Source of the DNA: Bacteroidales bacterium
GTDB lineage: Bacteria > Bacteroidota > Bacteroidia > Bacteroidales > WRLA01
NCBI GenBank assembly: GCA_963676725.1
Contig: OY781463.1
Coordinates: 4,048,976-4,112,975, forward strand
Direction of reading: 5' to 3'
DNA length: 64,000 nucleotides
Position numbers and translations under genes: made by a program. The notes under the pieces were generated by a model that worked only from the letters and a program-made list of their open reading frames with translations, was not told where the DNA came from and ran no database searches. This document shows positions 40,559 to 51,292 of this stretch, one piece after another. Positions within the stretch are counted from its first letter, which is position 1. Every line of letters starts with the position of its first letter.

Positions 40559-41695
40559 CTATTGAGCTAATTCCTGCTTCACACGCACACCATCCGACAC
40601 CATTTGGTATCCTTCTGTGATAATCATATCACCAATGTTTAAGCCTTGAGCAATCATTGTGCGGCTATCGCTGCTCCGGCCTGTTTGCACATAACGCTTT
40701 GCCGCCATCAATTTCCCGTCAATATTTTGCACAACATACACATAATCCCCTTTAAGGTCTTTGCGAATAAGCATTGATGGAATAACAATGGCATTATCGG
40801 TATAAAAATCCCTGATTTGGATCATCGCCAGAATATTTGGTTTCAGTTTTTCATTGGCATTATCCATTTTTAGTTGTAAGCGAAATGTTCTGTTTTGAGG
40901 GTTGATTACATTTCCAAGTCGATAAATAGGCAGTTGTTCCTTATAATGAGGAAAGGCCGGGAAGCTAATTTCAACCAATTCCCCTTCTTTAATTGTTCCC
41001 AAATAGTTTTCAGAAACATCTGCATTAATATAAAGTTCTGTTAAATTAACTACTTGCATTAATTGAATGCCGGGCATGGCCATTTCACCTTTTTTCACAA
41101 AGATTTCATCAACCAAGCCATCAATTGGGCTTTTCACCATAGCCATATCCAATTGACTATTTAGTGTTTCAAGCTTACTCTCCAATGATTCCACATTATT
41201 TTTAGCCTGAAGATATTCGATTTCAGAACCTATTTCCCTGTCCCAAAGGGCTTTTTGCTTTTCAAAAACGATCTTAGCCAGCCCCAAGGATGTTTTCACT
41301 TCATTAATACTGCTTTCCGTAACCGAGGTGTTTAGGCGCAATAATTTTTGTCCTTTTGTGATGCGTTCCCCTTCTTTCACAAAAATTTCTTTAATCTGCC
41401 CGTTTATTTCAGGGCTGATAAATGCCTCCTCAACAGGTTCGACATAGCCGGTTGTTTGGAAAAAATGTTCAAAGGGCTGCCCTTGAATCTTTTCTGTCCG
41501 AACAACAATGCCTTTCTTTTCCACCGGATTTTCTTTGGCTATTGTATTTTCGAGTTCATTAATATCCCCTTGCAACTGCTTTAATTCAGCCTTTCGCTCA
41601 GCAAGCTGCTGCTCGGGGCTTTTTTGGGTTTTCTCATTGGAACAGGAGCCAATAAAAATGGCCAATACCATTAAAACTACTATACTATTTTTCAT
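40559..41695 (-). CDS. RND efflux periplasmic adaptor (membrane fusion protein)
   Basis: 378 aa. It has a lipoprotein signal (FIGSCS), a coiled-coil hairpin and barrel-sandwich/beta-barrel segments. Confidence 0.9.
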   Translation of the reverse strand: MKNSIVVLMVLAIFIGSCSNEKTQKSPEQQLAERKAELKQLQGDINELENTIAKENPVEKKGIVVRTEKIQGQPFEHFFQTTGYVEPVEEAFISPEINGQIKEIFVKEGERITKGQKLLRLNTSVTESSINEVKTSLGLAKIVFEKQKALWDREIGSEIEYLQAKNNVESLESKLETLNSQLDMAMVKSPIDGLVDEIFVKKGEMAMPGIQLMQVVNLTELYINADVSENYLGTIKEGELVEISFPAFPHYKEQLPIYRLGNVINPQNRTFRLQLKMDNANEKLKPNILAMIQIRDFYTDNAIVIPSMLIRKDLKGDYVYVVQNIDGKLMAAKRYVQTGRSSDSRTMIAQGLNIGDMIITEGYQMVSDGVRVKQELAQ

Positions 41696-41789
41696 TATTG
41701 TGTCTTTTTATTTTTCTGCTTTAAAATCGATACTTTTATTTGAATGCTCGGACATCTTCAAGAATACCGAAGCAATTTTCAAAACCCCC

Positions 41790-43103
41790 TTATAATGTAT
41801 TCAGGAGCTTATCGTAATTAATTTTCCTTTGCAGCAAAGTATAAATACTTGCATAATAGTCGAATTGGGCTGTAAGTTTTTGGTTTTGCACTTGGGTCAA
41901 CTCCAAACTGCTGGCCATTCCGTTTTTATATTTCGTTTCAATTCGATCATAGATATCATCGGCCAATTTGCTGTTTTCCTTCTGGCTGAGATAGGTTGCA
42001 TAAGAAGTACGCAAATCGGAGCGGGCTTGTTCTACTTGCAGTTCCAATCCTCTTTCCAAATCTTCCAGATTATTTCCGGCCTGATCATAGGAAAACTTCT
42101 TTTGCTTCATTTTTGCATAACGCAGTCCACTACTAAAAATAGGGATGCTTGCTGTAATACCAATCATATTGGGATTAGAAAAATCGAAATCCGGTTTATT
42201 CAATTTCTCTTCATGTTGATAAAATGCGGAAATATTGGGTAAATATTCGGTTTTAGAGAGTTGCCAGTCTAATTTTGATAATTTCTTTTGCGTCTCCATC
42301 AACTGGTAGTTTAGGTTCGATGATATATCAAAATTCATGGACACCAAGCTTTCTACATCTACCTGTTCGAGGAAGTCATCAATAGACTGTGACAAAGAGA
42401 TTTGCGAATCGTATGGAATGCCCATTTGATATTTGAGCATTTTATAGGTCAGTTCCAAATTACGTTCACTTTCTGTTTTGGCATTTCTTACATTAATTAC
42501 GTTTACGCGCAGCTGATCCACATCAGTTTTTGAACCAAATCCTTCTTGCTGGTACGCTTCTGTTTCCTTCAATAAATGCTCCATGGAAAGCAGGTTATCG
42601 CTAAGTATATCAGTATTAATTTTAGAAACCAGAACGAGATAATAAGATTCCGCGATTAAGGCTTTTACTTCCTGTTCGGAAATATTCAGCTGTTTTTGGG
42701 TCAGTTGCGAATACACTTTTGAAGCCCTAAGGCCAATTATATAAGGTCCGCTAAAAATCAGCTGGCTTACGGTAATATCAAATACTGTATTATCAACAAC
42801 GCCAAGCGGCACCTCGCTGTAAGTTCCATCGCCATTTGGAAAGCGCGCAACAGGCACTTTAAAAATATTTGTGTATTGAGCGCTGGCATCAATCTGCGGC
42901 AATCCACTTGCTGTAGATTCCCATATTTTCTTTTTAGCAATTTGGGTATCAATGCGTGCATTTTTCACTTGAGTGTTTTTCTCAAGCGCCAATTGCACGG
43001 CATCATCGAGGCTTAGTTCCAATAAAGGCTCTTCCTGAGCATGCAGGAAAGCAGGCAGAATGATTATCAGACTAAGCAGAGCGAATAAATTTAGCTTACT
43101 CAT
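41790..43103 (-). CDS. TolC-family outer membrane efflux protein
   Basis: The start is moved to MSKLNLFALLSLIIILPAFLHAQ (signal peptide). It shows the tandem TolC repeat structure. Its ATG lies inside the last codons of the upstream TetR gene (AATGAGTAA, an 8-nt overlap). Confidence 0.88.
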   Translation of the reverse strand: MSKLNLFALLSLIIILPAFLHAQEEPLLELSLDDAVQLALEKNTQVKNARIDTQIAKKKIWESTASGLPQIDASAQYTNIFKVPVARFPNGDGTYSEVPLGVVDNTVFDITVSQLIFSGPYIIGLRASKVYSQLTQKQLNISEQEVKALIAESYYLVLVSKINTDILSDNLLSMEHLLKETEAYQQEGFGSKTDVDQLRVNVINVRNAKTESERNLELTYKMLKYQMGIPYDSQISLSQSIDDFLEQVDVESLVSMNFDISSNLNYQLMETQKKLSKLDWQLSKTEYLPNISAFYQHEEKLNKPDFDFSNPNMIGITASIPIFSSGLRYAKMKQKKFSYDQAGNNLEDLERGLELQVEQARSDLRTSYATYLSQKENSKLADDIYDRIETKYKNGMASSLELTQVQNQKLTAQFDYYASIYTLLQRKINYDKLLNTL

Positions 43104-43719
43104 TCGTTTTAAAGTTTTTAATTTTTTCTTCATAATAGTTCAATCCATTTTCATTAACGATACCCCTGATATGATTATCAAACATGGTATCAAATATATA
43201 GGAGAATGAAAAATCCTTGGAATGCATAAATTCGGAACGATGCATCAATTCTAATTGCTCCAAGTATATCGCCGCTGTTACATCAATATTTATGTCTTTT
43301 CTGTATAGCTGTTGACTAATGCCAAGCTGAAGATTAAACGTAATATAATCATAAACAACACTTTTCTTTTCGTGAATTAATTGCTCGAGGATTTCAGGAT
43401 AATACTTTCTTAGGTCAAAAATCATGGCAGGATTCAAATTTGCAATTTGCGTGTTTACCATCCTGCTTGCGCTGATGAGGGCATCAACAGCATTTAATTG
43501 TTTGTTCATCAAAGTTCTAAAAGCATCATCATTTTCCTTTGCCTGAAATAATAATACTTTACGTACAAGGTCCTCTTTATTATCAAAAAATTGATACAGT
43601 GTTTTTTTGCTGATTTTCATATTCCGTGCCAAATCGTCCATAGAAAGGCTTCGGATTCCAAACTCCCTAAATAATTCTAAACTGCCACTTAGAACATCAT
43701 AATATTTACCATCGCTCAT
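43096..43719 (-). CDS. TetR/AcrR-family transcriptional regulator
   Basis: 207 aa with the N-terminal HTH SMDDLARNMKISKKTLYQFFDNKEDL. The C-terminal tail is paralogous to the neighbouring TetR. Confidence 0.85.
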   Translation of the reverse strand: MSDGKYYDVLSGSLELFREFGIRSLSMDDLARNMKISKKTLYQFFDNKEDLVRKVLLFQAKENDDAFRTLMNKQLNAVDALISASRMVNTQIANLNPAMIFDLRKYYPEILEQLIHEKKSVVYDYITFNLQLGISQQLYRKDINIDVTAAIYLEQLELMHRSEFMHSKDFSFSYIFDTMFDNHIRGIVNENGLNYYEEKIKNFKTNE

Positions 43720-43737
43720 AAATAACCTCCAAAGAAT

Positions 43738-44385
43738 CTACTCGTTTTTAAAAAAGCGTGAATTCATCTTTTGCTCTTCAAAATAATCCAATCCTTCAGG
43801 AGTAGCAATCCCTCTAACAAAATTCTCAAACATAACATCAAAAAGCACTTCGAAAGAGAATTTCTGGGGTGAAAAGAGTTCGGGGTTGTGGATGTCGAGC
43901 AGCCGGCTAATATACAATCGAGCCACCAGTTCTTTGCTTAGGTCATTCCTGTACATCCCTTGCTGAATGCCTTTGTCTAAATTAATTTTAATTTTCTCAA
44001 AGATAAATTCAATACGCTTTTCTACATGTTTATTATAAATATTGGGGAAATTCTTATTAAGCCCATGAGTGATGGAAGGGCTTACATCTTTAAAATTTTT
44101 GCAGATTTCGCGGCTAACAACAAAAAGTATTTCAATTGCATTCACACCTTCAAAATCATAACGCTCAAAAATCTTGTTAAAGGCTCCCCTTTCTGATTCG
44201 AGCACAATATGCACCAGATCGCCTTTACTTTTAAAATGAACATAAAATTCATCCCTACTGATTCCGATTTTATCACACAATGTGTTAATACTCATACTAT
44301 TAATTGAGTATTTCTCTGCCAGCACCCTGGTTTTCTCTATGATTTCTTTTATTTCTTTCACTATCGTATTTTTATGGAGCGGCAA
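43738..44385 (-). CDS. TetR/AcrR-family transcriptional regulator (tandem paralog)
   Basis: The HTH is SINTLCDKIGISRDEFYVHFKSKGDL. The ORF-track start is TTG. An exact -7 box (rc tacttttg, 44383-44390) overlaps that codon, so a GTG start at 44361 is possible. Confidence 0.78.
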   Translation of the reverse strand: MPLHKNTIVKEIKEIIEKTRVLAEKYSINSMSINTLCDKIGISRDEFYVHFKSKGDLVHIVLESERGAFNKIFERYDFEGVNAIEILFVVSREICKNFKDVSPSITHGLNKNFPNIYNKHVEKRIEFIFEKIKINLDKGIQQGMYRNDLSKELVARLYISRLLDIHNPELFSPQKFSFEVLFDVMFENFVRGIATPEGLDYFEEQKMNSRFFKNE

Positions 44386-44523
44386 AAGTAGATAAAAAAC
44401 ATTTTATAATGAAAACGTTTCCTAAGAATTCGCAAAAAATTATCACTCTATGCAAAAACCTATTAAACCTGAATAATTTCATTAAAAAACAAGTCTGTTG
44501 TAAAAAAATAATTATATTTAGGC

Positions 44524-46668
44524 ATGAATTCAAAACCTTCCCTTTTCAAGGCACTATTTCTATTAACTTTTCTGTTGCTATTTATTTTCAAGACAGAAAA
44601 AGCAGTATCTCAGGCGAACAATAATTTAAGCGACAGCGCTTCTGTATTTGCATGTTTAGATAGCTTAATATCTGTTGATAATGATGAAGACATCCATGCG
44701 GAAATTGATAAGCTAATACAAATAAGCCGTAACTCAGCCTGTATTCAATGCCTGCTTGAATGTTATATTAAATCAGGGATGCTCTATGAGAAAGAAAAAC
44801 AATTTGGAAAAGCTTTAGAAGACTTTAAATATGCCGTGCATCTTTCAGATAGTGCAGGAATCCCCTCGCTTCAAATGAAATCAAATAACAGAGCCGGAAA
44901 CATTCTTGAGAGAATGGGGCAACCGGAAAAAGCATTGGTCTATTTAGAAAAAGCCAGAGCTTTAGCAACTAAGCTACAAGACAGCACATCTTATTTGGAA
45001 ATCATGCTTGGCTCAGCATCAGCACAAAGGAGGTTGCAGATGTATGACCAAACGATTGAGCTCTATTTCCATCTTCTTGATTATATTAAGCACGACACGA
45101 ACAATAAAGTCCTCCCTAAAATCTATAATGGGCTAGCCATTAATTATTTAGAACTGCGACAGAAGGAAAAGGCAAGGGATCACTTCTTGAAAGCATTACA
45201 TTACGCTTATTTAGACAAGAATCCCATATATTTTAGAACAATTCTTTTTTCTAATCTATCCAATCTATACCTGAAAAATTTCGAAATGACGGATTCAGCC
45301 ATTTATTATGGAAGAATGGCTGTTCAATCTGCAGAAAAGGAAAACAACCCCTTCATTGGAGCATTCGTAAACCTTGGAAATGTTTTTGAAGAAAACGGAG
45401 ACATGGACAGTGCTTTATTCTATTATAAAAAAGCGGAAAAGCTGCCAAGCATGCAATTTTTAAATATGGAGCGAGCTGCTGTTCAGATCAATATTGGATA
45501 TATTTTATATAGAGAGAAGAATTATCCACAAGCGCTTGGCTACCTGAACAAAGGAATTATTGCTGCGCGAGAAAGCGGAAATAAGCTGTTTGAACTTATT
45601 GCACAACAAACACTTTTTCATATAGACTCCATTACAGGTAATTACCTAAGTGCCATTGCCAGACAGCAAGAAATGGCCCGATTAAATGATAGCATACAAA
45701 ACCAAAAAACCATTGACCGTGTAAACGAACTCACCATTGCCTATGAAACAGATCTTATTGAAAAAGAGAGGGATGCACTACTTCAGCAAACAACACTAAA
45801 TGAGCGCATCATAGCAAACCAGGAATATGTTATGTGGCTTTCAGGTCTCGTATCTGTGCTTCTTTTATTGATTGTACTTCTTTTTCAACGGCATAAAAAG
45901 CGTTTACGCAAAATAAACAATGAGCTGGAACAGAAAAATCAGATATTGCTTGAGCAAAAGAAAAGCCTTCAGGATCTAAACAACACGAAAGACAAATTTT
46001 TCTCCATAATTGCGCACGACCTCCGTAGTCCTTTCAATATTCTGGTTGGTTATCTTGATTTACTCGACAAAGAATTTGACGATTTTTCTGCAGATGAATT
46101 AAAAGCCATCATTAAAGAATTAAAAGGGGCGAGCAACAATACTCTTTATTTATTGGAAAACTTGCTCGAATGGGCACGGTCGCAGCGTGGCCTAATAAAG
46201 CACACCCCAATGGAGATCAACTTGAAGGACCTTGCCAAAGAAGTCCTCGAGCTGTTAAAAAACAGGGCAAATGCGAAGAATATTGATATACAGCTGGATA
46301 TTGAAGAGAGCTGCATTGTCACAGCAGATCACCATATGACCTATACTATCTTTTTAAACCTCATCAACAATGCAATTAAATTTACTCAAAAAGGAGGGCA
46401 AATAAAAATCTACTGCACAAAGCAAAAGGATGCATTAAAGGTTTGCGTTGAAGATAATGGCATAGGCATTCCAAAAGAACAGCAAGCCGGTTTAATGAGT
46501 CTGTCCAATACTTATACCACGAAAGGCACTGAAAACGAAAAAGGAACCGGATTAGGTTTAATTATGTGCCGTGATTTTATAAGCATTATGGGGGGCAAAC
46601 TTGAGTTCACCAGCGAGCCGGGCAAAGGGAGTTGCTTCTGTTTTTCTTTAGGACTCACCAAGAAATAA
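44524..46668 (+). CDS. Sensor histidine kinase with an extracytoplasmic TPR-repeat domain
   Basis: 714 aa. It has a signal peptide, about 380 aa of TPR-like repeats, a TM helix (VMWLSGLVSVLLLLIVLLF) and a coiled coil. The H-box is FFSIIAHDLRSPF, with N and G boxes NLINNAIKFT, DNGIGI and GTGLGL. Confidence 0.85.
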   Translation: MNSKPSLFKALFLLTFLLLFIFKTEKAVSQANNNLSDSASVFACLDSLISVDNDEDIHAEIDKLIQISRNSACIQCLLECYIKSGMLYEKEKQFGKALEDFKYAVHLSDSAGIPSLQMKSNNRAGNILERMGQPEKALVYLEKARALATKLQDSTSYLEIMLGSASAQRRLQMYDQTIELYFHLLDYIKHDTNNKVLPKIYNGLAINYLELRQKEKARDHFLKALHYAYLDKNPIYFRTILFSNLSNLYLKNFEMTDSAIYYGRMAVQSAEKENNPFIGAFVNLGNVFEENGDMDSALFYYKKAEKLPSMQFLNMERAAVQINIGYILYREKNYPQALGYLNKGIIAARESGNKLFELIAQQTLFHIDSITGNYLSAIARQQEMARLNDSIQNQKTIDRVNELTIAYETDLIEKERDALLQQTTLNERIIANQEYVMWLSGLVSVLLLLIVLLFQRHKKRLRKINNELEQKNQILLEQKKSLQDLNNTKDKFFSIIAHDLRSPFNILVGYLDLLDKEFDDFSADELKAIIKELKGASNNTLYLLENLLEWARSQRGLIKHTPMEINLKDLAKEVLELLKNRANAKNIDIQLDIEESCIVTADHHMTYTIFLNLINNAIKFTQKGGQIKIYCTKQKDALKVCVEDNGIGIPKEQQAGLMSLSNTYTTKGTENEKGTGLGLIMCRDFISIMGGKLEFTSEPGKGSCFCFSLGLTKK

Positions 46669-47046
46669 GAACTCTTGAATTTTATCAATTAAACTATCCA
46701 GTCGAAGCGGTTTCGATAAAAACGCATCACAACCTGCTTCATACGCCAGATGTTCTTCCCCGGAAAGCACATACGCTGTTTGTATTATAACCGGCAGATC
46801 AGGGAGTACTTCTTTAATACGCGCAGTTGCCTCATAACCATTCATCACGGGCATATCTAGATCCATCAACACTAGATCCACCTTATTGTCATCAAGAATA
46901 GTGATCGCTTCTAGTCCATTTTCTGCCCAAAGCAATAGTGCTCCTGAATTCTTCAGTGCCACTTTGAAATATAAATTACTGGTGATTGTATCCTCAACAA
47001 TCAGGATGCTTTTTCCACTCCAGTCATATTTAAAATTATCCTGCAT
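46648..47046 (-). CDS. Single-domain response regulator (last gene of the Che-like operon)
   Basis: 132 aa with IVEDT, VLMDLDMP, QTAY and SKP motifs. No output domain is present. Confidence 0.85.
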   Translation of the reverse strand: MQDNFKYDWSGKSILIVEDTITSNLYFKVALKNSGALLLWAENGLEAITILDDNKVDLVLMDLDMPVMNGYEATARIKEVLPDLPVIIQTAYVLSGEEHLAYEAGCDAFLSKPLRLDSLIDKIQEFLFLGES

Positions 47047-47054
47047 TCGTTCAA

Positions 47055-48629
47055 TTATTCAGTTGTGGGTGCATACTTATTTAAAACCTCAAAGAGCTCC
47101 AATTGTTTGAAAGGCTTAGCAATGTAATCTGTCATTCCTGCTTCAAGGAATTTTTCTTTATCGCCCTTCATTGTGTTCGCAGTCATTGCTATAATTGGAA
47201 CCGGTGTAATGATCCCTTTTTCAGATTCGAGTCGGCGAATTAGTTTTGTTGCTTCCACGCCATCCATTTCGGGCATTTGTACATCCATAAAAATAGCATC
47301 GAAACCGATCTCAAAATATTTTTCTACCGCGATTTTTCCATTATCGGCAATATAGACTTCATGCCCTAGTTTATTCAGGTGGTGTGTGGCTACTTTTTGG
47401 TTTATTTGATTGTCTTCTGCGAGCAGCAGGTTCATTTTTCGCATGATTTGCTTTTTACTTTCCTTATTTACATTTTCATTTCCAGAAGCCAAAGCCTCCT
47501 TGAAACATGCTGTAAACCAAAATTCTGAGCCCTTCCCCACTTCGCTATTTACTCCAATTTCGCCTTGCATCATCTTCGACAGGCTTTTGCAAATAGCAAG
47601 TCCTAGCCCTGTGCCTCCATATTTTCTTGTGGTTGATGAATCGGTTTGGGAAAAAGAGCGGAACAGCTTTTTTTTCCCGTCCTCAGAGATTCCAATGCCA
47701 GTATCGCTTATCCCAAAGTACAATTTCAGGGACTGATCCTCTTTATTTTCAATTTTTGCATGCAAAGACACACCGCCCTGATGTGTAAATTTTATGGCAT
47801 TATTTAATAAGTTGATCAATATTTGTTTTAAACGGGTTGGGTCTCCTATTATAGCTTCCGGGATATCTTCTGCAATATCCAATTTTAGCCATAGGCCCTT
47901 ATCCTTTGTTTTAAAGGACAATATTTTAAGAACGGCATCAATTTCCTTGCGGATATTGAATCGGATATTTTCAAATTCCAGTTGGCCCGATTCAATTTTT
48001 GAAAAATCGAGGATATCGTTAATGATTGTCAATAGGTTTTCACTGGACACATCAACAATATCAAGATACTCTTTTTGATTTTCATCGAGTTGTGTGCGTT
48101 TCAGGATTTCCACCATCCCAACAATGCCGTTCATGGGGGTTCTAATTTCATGCGACATATTTGCAAGGAACATTGATTTGGCACTGGCTGCCGATTCGGC
48201 CATTTCTTTGGCTTTAATTAATTCTTGCTTTGCAAAACGAAGATCCAGGTGCACCTGAGCCCTTGCTTTAAGTTCTTCTGTATTAAAAGGTTTTTGCACA
48301 TAATCCACAGCCCCTGCATTAAAGCCTTTCACGAGGCTGTCGGCATCTGTTTGGCTGGTCATAAAAATAATTGGAATATCAGCAGTTGCAGGATTTGCTT
48401 TGAGTTGCCTGCACACCTCAAAGCCATCAATGTCGGGCATAACAACATCCAATAGGATCAGATCAAAACGGTTTGCACGTGCCCTAGACAGTGCTGTTCG
48501 GCCATTACGAGCCGAAGCCGTTTTATAATGAGGGACCTCTCCAAGAATTGACTGCATGAGCTCAATATTACTCTGAACATCATCAACAATCAAAATCTTT
48601 GCTGTTTTATTGTTTGTATTCATATTCAA
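47055..48629 (-). CDS. Hybrid histidine kinase, REC-HisKA-HATPase-REC
   Basis: 524 aa. It has an N-terminal receiver ([18 protein letters not shown]), the H-box [13 protein letters not shown], the N box [11 protein letters not shown] boxes DTGIGI and GTGLGL, and a C-terminal receiver ([18 protein letters not shown]). Confidence 0.88.
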   Translation of the reverse strand: MNMNTNNKTAKILIVDDVQSNIELMQSILGEVPHYKTASARNGRTALSRARANRFDLILLDVVMPDIDGFEVCRQLKANPATADIPIIFMTSQTDADSLVKGFNAGAVDYVQKPFNTEELKARAQVHLDLRFAKQELIKAKEMAESAASAKSMFLANMSHEIRTPMNGIVGMVEILKRTQLDENQKEYLDIVDVSSENLLTIINDILDFSKIESGQLEFENIRFNIRKEIDAVLKILSFKTKDKGLWLKLDIAEDIPEAIIGDPTRLKQILINLLNNAIKFTHQGGVSLHAKIENKEDQSLKLYFGISDTGIGISEDGKKKLFRSFSQTDSSTTRKYGGTGLGLAICKSLSKMMQGEIGVNSEVGKGSEFWFTACFKEALASGNENVNKESKKQIMRKMNLLLAEDNQINQKVATHHLNKLGHEVYIADNGKIAVEKYFEIGFDAIFMDVQMPEMDGVEATKLIRRLESEKGIITPVPIIAMTANTMKGDKEKFLEAGMTDYIAKPFKQLELFEVLNKYAPTTE

Positions 48630-48634
48630 ATCAA

Positions 48635-50191
48635 TTAATGCAAATATTCTTCCAGCACATCAAATAGTCGGTTTAACTGTAAAGGCTTTAACAGAAAGCC
48701 ATCAAACCCACTTTCTCTTGCTTTTACACGCTCATTATTCATTGTTAAGGCTGTTAGGGCAACAATAGGGATCTTAGGATAATTTGCTTTAATCCAAGCT
48801 GTTGCTTCGAATCCGTTCATTACCGGCATTTGCAAATCCATGATCACGAGATCAAATTTTTTCCGACCTTCTTTAAATTGATTTACTGCCTGCATACCGT
48901 CGATGCATTTTACAATACGAAGACCAGTTCCCATTAATGCCTGTTGCAAATACTCATGAACCATAAGGACATCATCTGCCACAAGTATTGTTTTTCCTTT
49001 CCAACGCAGTGCATCAATTTTCTCGTGCCTAGCAATCACATCTTCCTTTTGCCCAATATTTCCCTTTGCAAGAATATCAGAAAACTGGACATAAAAAACA
49101 CTACCTCCATTTTCCCTTGACTCAAACCACAGGCGGGCATTCATCATTTCCGCTAAATTTTTGGAAATAGAAAGCCCTAAACCGGCGCCTCCGGCATCGT
49201 AAATACTTTGATGGTTTAAACGCGTAAAACGATGAAAAATATCTTCACTTTTGTTTTCAGGGATACCAATACCTGTATCGCGAAGAGAAAAACGCACTTT
49301 ATTATTTCCGGGCATTTCTACGCCCATTTCCACTTCTCCTTTCAAGGTATATTTAAAGGCATTGCTTATCAGGTTCTCGAGTATCTGTCTTAAGCGATGT
49401 TCGTCTGTATTAATAAATACATCTTTTAAAGCGCCTGCATCTTTATAAATAAAATCGATATGGGCACGGCTCATGTTATTTCTTTGAACAAGAAATTTAT
49501 TATACAGCTCGTCCATTAATTCGCCGAGGGAAAACACATGTTCACTAATTTGGATTGCTCCTGTTTCGAGTTTAGAAATATCCACGATATCGTCAATCAA
49601 GCTTAAGAGATGAGCCCCGCTTTTACTGATAATATTGAGAAAGCTGTCCCTTTCCTCTTCGGAAAGTTGCTTTTGGGTAAGCAATTCGGTAAAGCCAATT
49701 ATTGCATTCATTGGCGTACGTATTTCATGGGACACATTTGCAAGAAAGGCTGATTTGAGTTGTTCGGCTTTTCTGGCAATTTCTTTTTCCCTGACTAACT
49801 GCTCATAGGTTCTTTTTAATTCGAGGTGTAATTTAACCCTAGCCAACAACTCTAAATCATTAAAAGGCTTATGAATATAATCAACACCTCCGGATTCAAA
49901 CCCCTCTAATGTGCTTTTAGTATCGTTACGAACAGTAATAAAAAGCACAGGAATATGCGCCTTTTCGGGAATCGCTTTTATTCTTCTGCACACTTCATAA
50001 CCGTTAAGATCGGGCATAATAACGTCAAGCAGTATAAGGTCAAAGTCATTTCCCCGCACTTTATTGAGTGCTTGTAGTCCATTATGAGCAATAACAGTTT
50101 TATATCCCTGGCTGCTTAACACAGTATCCATCAAGGAAGCAGAGCTTTCCTGATCGTCGATAATAAGTATCTTCACTGTGTCTTCTTTCAT
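48635..50191 (-). CDS. Hybrid histidine kinase, REC-HisKA-HATPase-REC (tandem paralog)
   Basis: 518 aa with the same architecture as its neighbour. The H-box is [13 protein letters not shown], followed by [16 protein letters not shown] and GAGLGL. Receivers lie at both ends ([16 protein letters not shown]). Confidence 0.88.
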   Translation of the reverse strand: MKEDTVKILIIDDQESSASLMDTVLSSQGYKTVIAHNGLQALNKVRGNDFDLILLDVIMPDLNGYEVCRRIKAIPEKAHIPVLFITVRNDTKSTLEGFESGGVDYIHKPFNDLELLARVKLHLELKRTYEQLVREKEIARKAEQLKSAFLANVSHEIRTPMNAIIGFTELLTQKQLSEEERDSFLNIISKSGAHLLSLIDDIVDISKLETGAIQISEHVFSLGELMDELYNKFLVQRNNMSRAHIDFIYKDAGALKDVFINTDEHRLRQILENLISNAFKYTLKGEVEMGVEMPGNNKVRFSLRDTGIGIPENKSEDIFHRFTRLNHQSIYDAGGAGLGLSISKNLAEMMNARLWFESRENGGSVFYVQFSDILAKGNIGQKEDVIARHEKIDALRWKGKTILVADDVLMVHEYLQQALMGTGLRIVKCIDGMQAVNQFKEGRKKFDLVIMDLQMPVMNGFEATAWIKANYPKIPIVALTALTMNNERVKARESGFDGFLLKPLQLNRLFDVLEEYLH

Positions 50192-50201
50192 TTTGATAAT
50201 C

Positions 50202-51272
50202 TTATAATTTATTTAAAAAAGCTGCAATTTGAGTTAAAGGCAGGATATGGTCCACGGCATTTTTCTTTATCGCTTCTTTAGGCATACCAAAAACAACACA
50301 ACTTTCTTCATCCTGAGCAATCGTTTTTGCTCCGGATTGTTTCAGTTCCAGTAAGCCCTGCGCTCCATCATCGCCCATACCGGTAAGCAAAACCCCAATT
50401 GCTTTTTCTCCAGCATTTCTTGCTCCGCTGCGAAAGAGAACATCAACAGCCGGTCGATGCCTGTTTACGAGTGGGCCATCTTTTATTTGCACATAATAAC
50501 CTCTTTCGTTGTGTTTTAAGATCAAATGAAAATTACCCGGAGCAACGAGGGCTTCCCCAATTCCTACGGTATCATTATTTTTTGCTTCTTTCACGCTTAA
50601 TGGGGATATACGGTTTAAACGCTCTGCAAAAGAGCGGGTAAAATCGGCAGGCATATGCTGTACAATTACCACTCCCGGCCCATTGGCACTCATATTTGAC
50701 AAGATATGGGCAATTGCTTCAGTTCCTCCGGTCGAAGCACCAATTAAAATAATTGGGTCATTCGTCCTGTTTTTCAATGACTTTTCTTTGGGCGAAGGCA
50801 GCATCACATCTGCAGAATGTTTTGGTTCTGCGGAATGTTGAATACTTTTCATGTGTTTACTTAAACGAGCAATTGCTGCAGATTTTACAGCATCTGTAAT
50901 CATTATGCGGGATTCTTCAAAAAACTCCCTTGTCGTCATTTTTGGTTTCGGAATAACCGCCATAGCTCCGTATTCAAGCGCTTTTAAAGCAGCAACAGAA
51001 CCATCAGATGCATAGCCTGAAATAATAACAACCGGTATTGGATGCTGCTTCATTAAACGTTTCAGAAAAGTAAGCCCATCCATGCGTGGCATTTCAATAT
51101 CCAATGTAATAACATCGGGCACCTCTTTCTGAATCATTTTAACTGCCTGATAAGGATCTGATACAGTATCAATTACACTAATAACAGGATCCGCCTCCAG
51201 TAATTCCTTTAATGATTGACGCACCAATGCAGAATCATCTACAATAAGAACGCGCAATTTATCTCCGATCAT
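50202..51272 (-). CDS. cheB: Protein-glutamate methylesterase/glutaminase CheB (REC plus esterase)
   Basis: 356 aa. It has a receiver (VLIVDDS, ITLDIEMP) and an esterase domain with GASTGG, HMP and LTGMGDDG motifs. Confidence 0.92.
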   Translation of the reverse strand: MIGDKLRVLIVDDSALVRQSLKELLEADPVISVIDTVSDPYQAVKMIQKEVPDVITLDIEMPRMDGLTFLKRLMKQHPIPVVIISGYASDGSVAALKALEYGAMAVIPKPKMTTREFFEESRIMITDAVKSAAIARLSKHMKSIQHSAEPKHSADVMLPSPKEKSLKNRTNDPIILIGASTGGTEAIAHILSNMSANGPGVVIVQHMPADFTRSFAERLNRISPLSVKEAKNNDTVGIGEALVAPGNFHLILKHNERGYYVQIKDGPLVNRHRPAVDVLFRSGARNAGEKAIGVLLTGMGDDGAQGLLELKQSGAKTIAQDEESCVVFGMPKEAIKKNAVDHILPLTQIAAFLNKL

Positions 51273-51292
51273 GATCTGTTATTTTTATATCT

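Noticed and set aside
44413-44420. Perfect 8-bp palindrome aaacgttt upstream of the TetR genes, as an operator.
   Set aside because: It is too short and AT-rich to call without binding data. It is kept only as a test target in the TetR finding.
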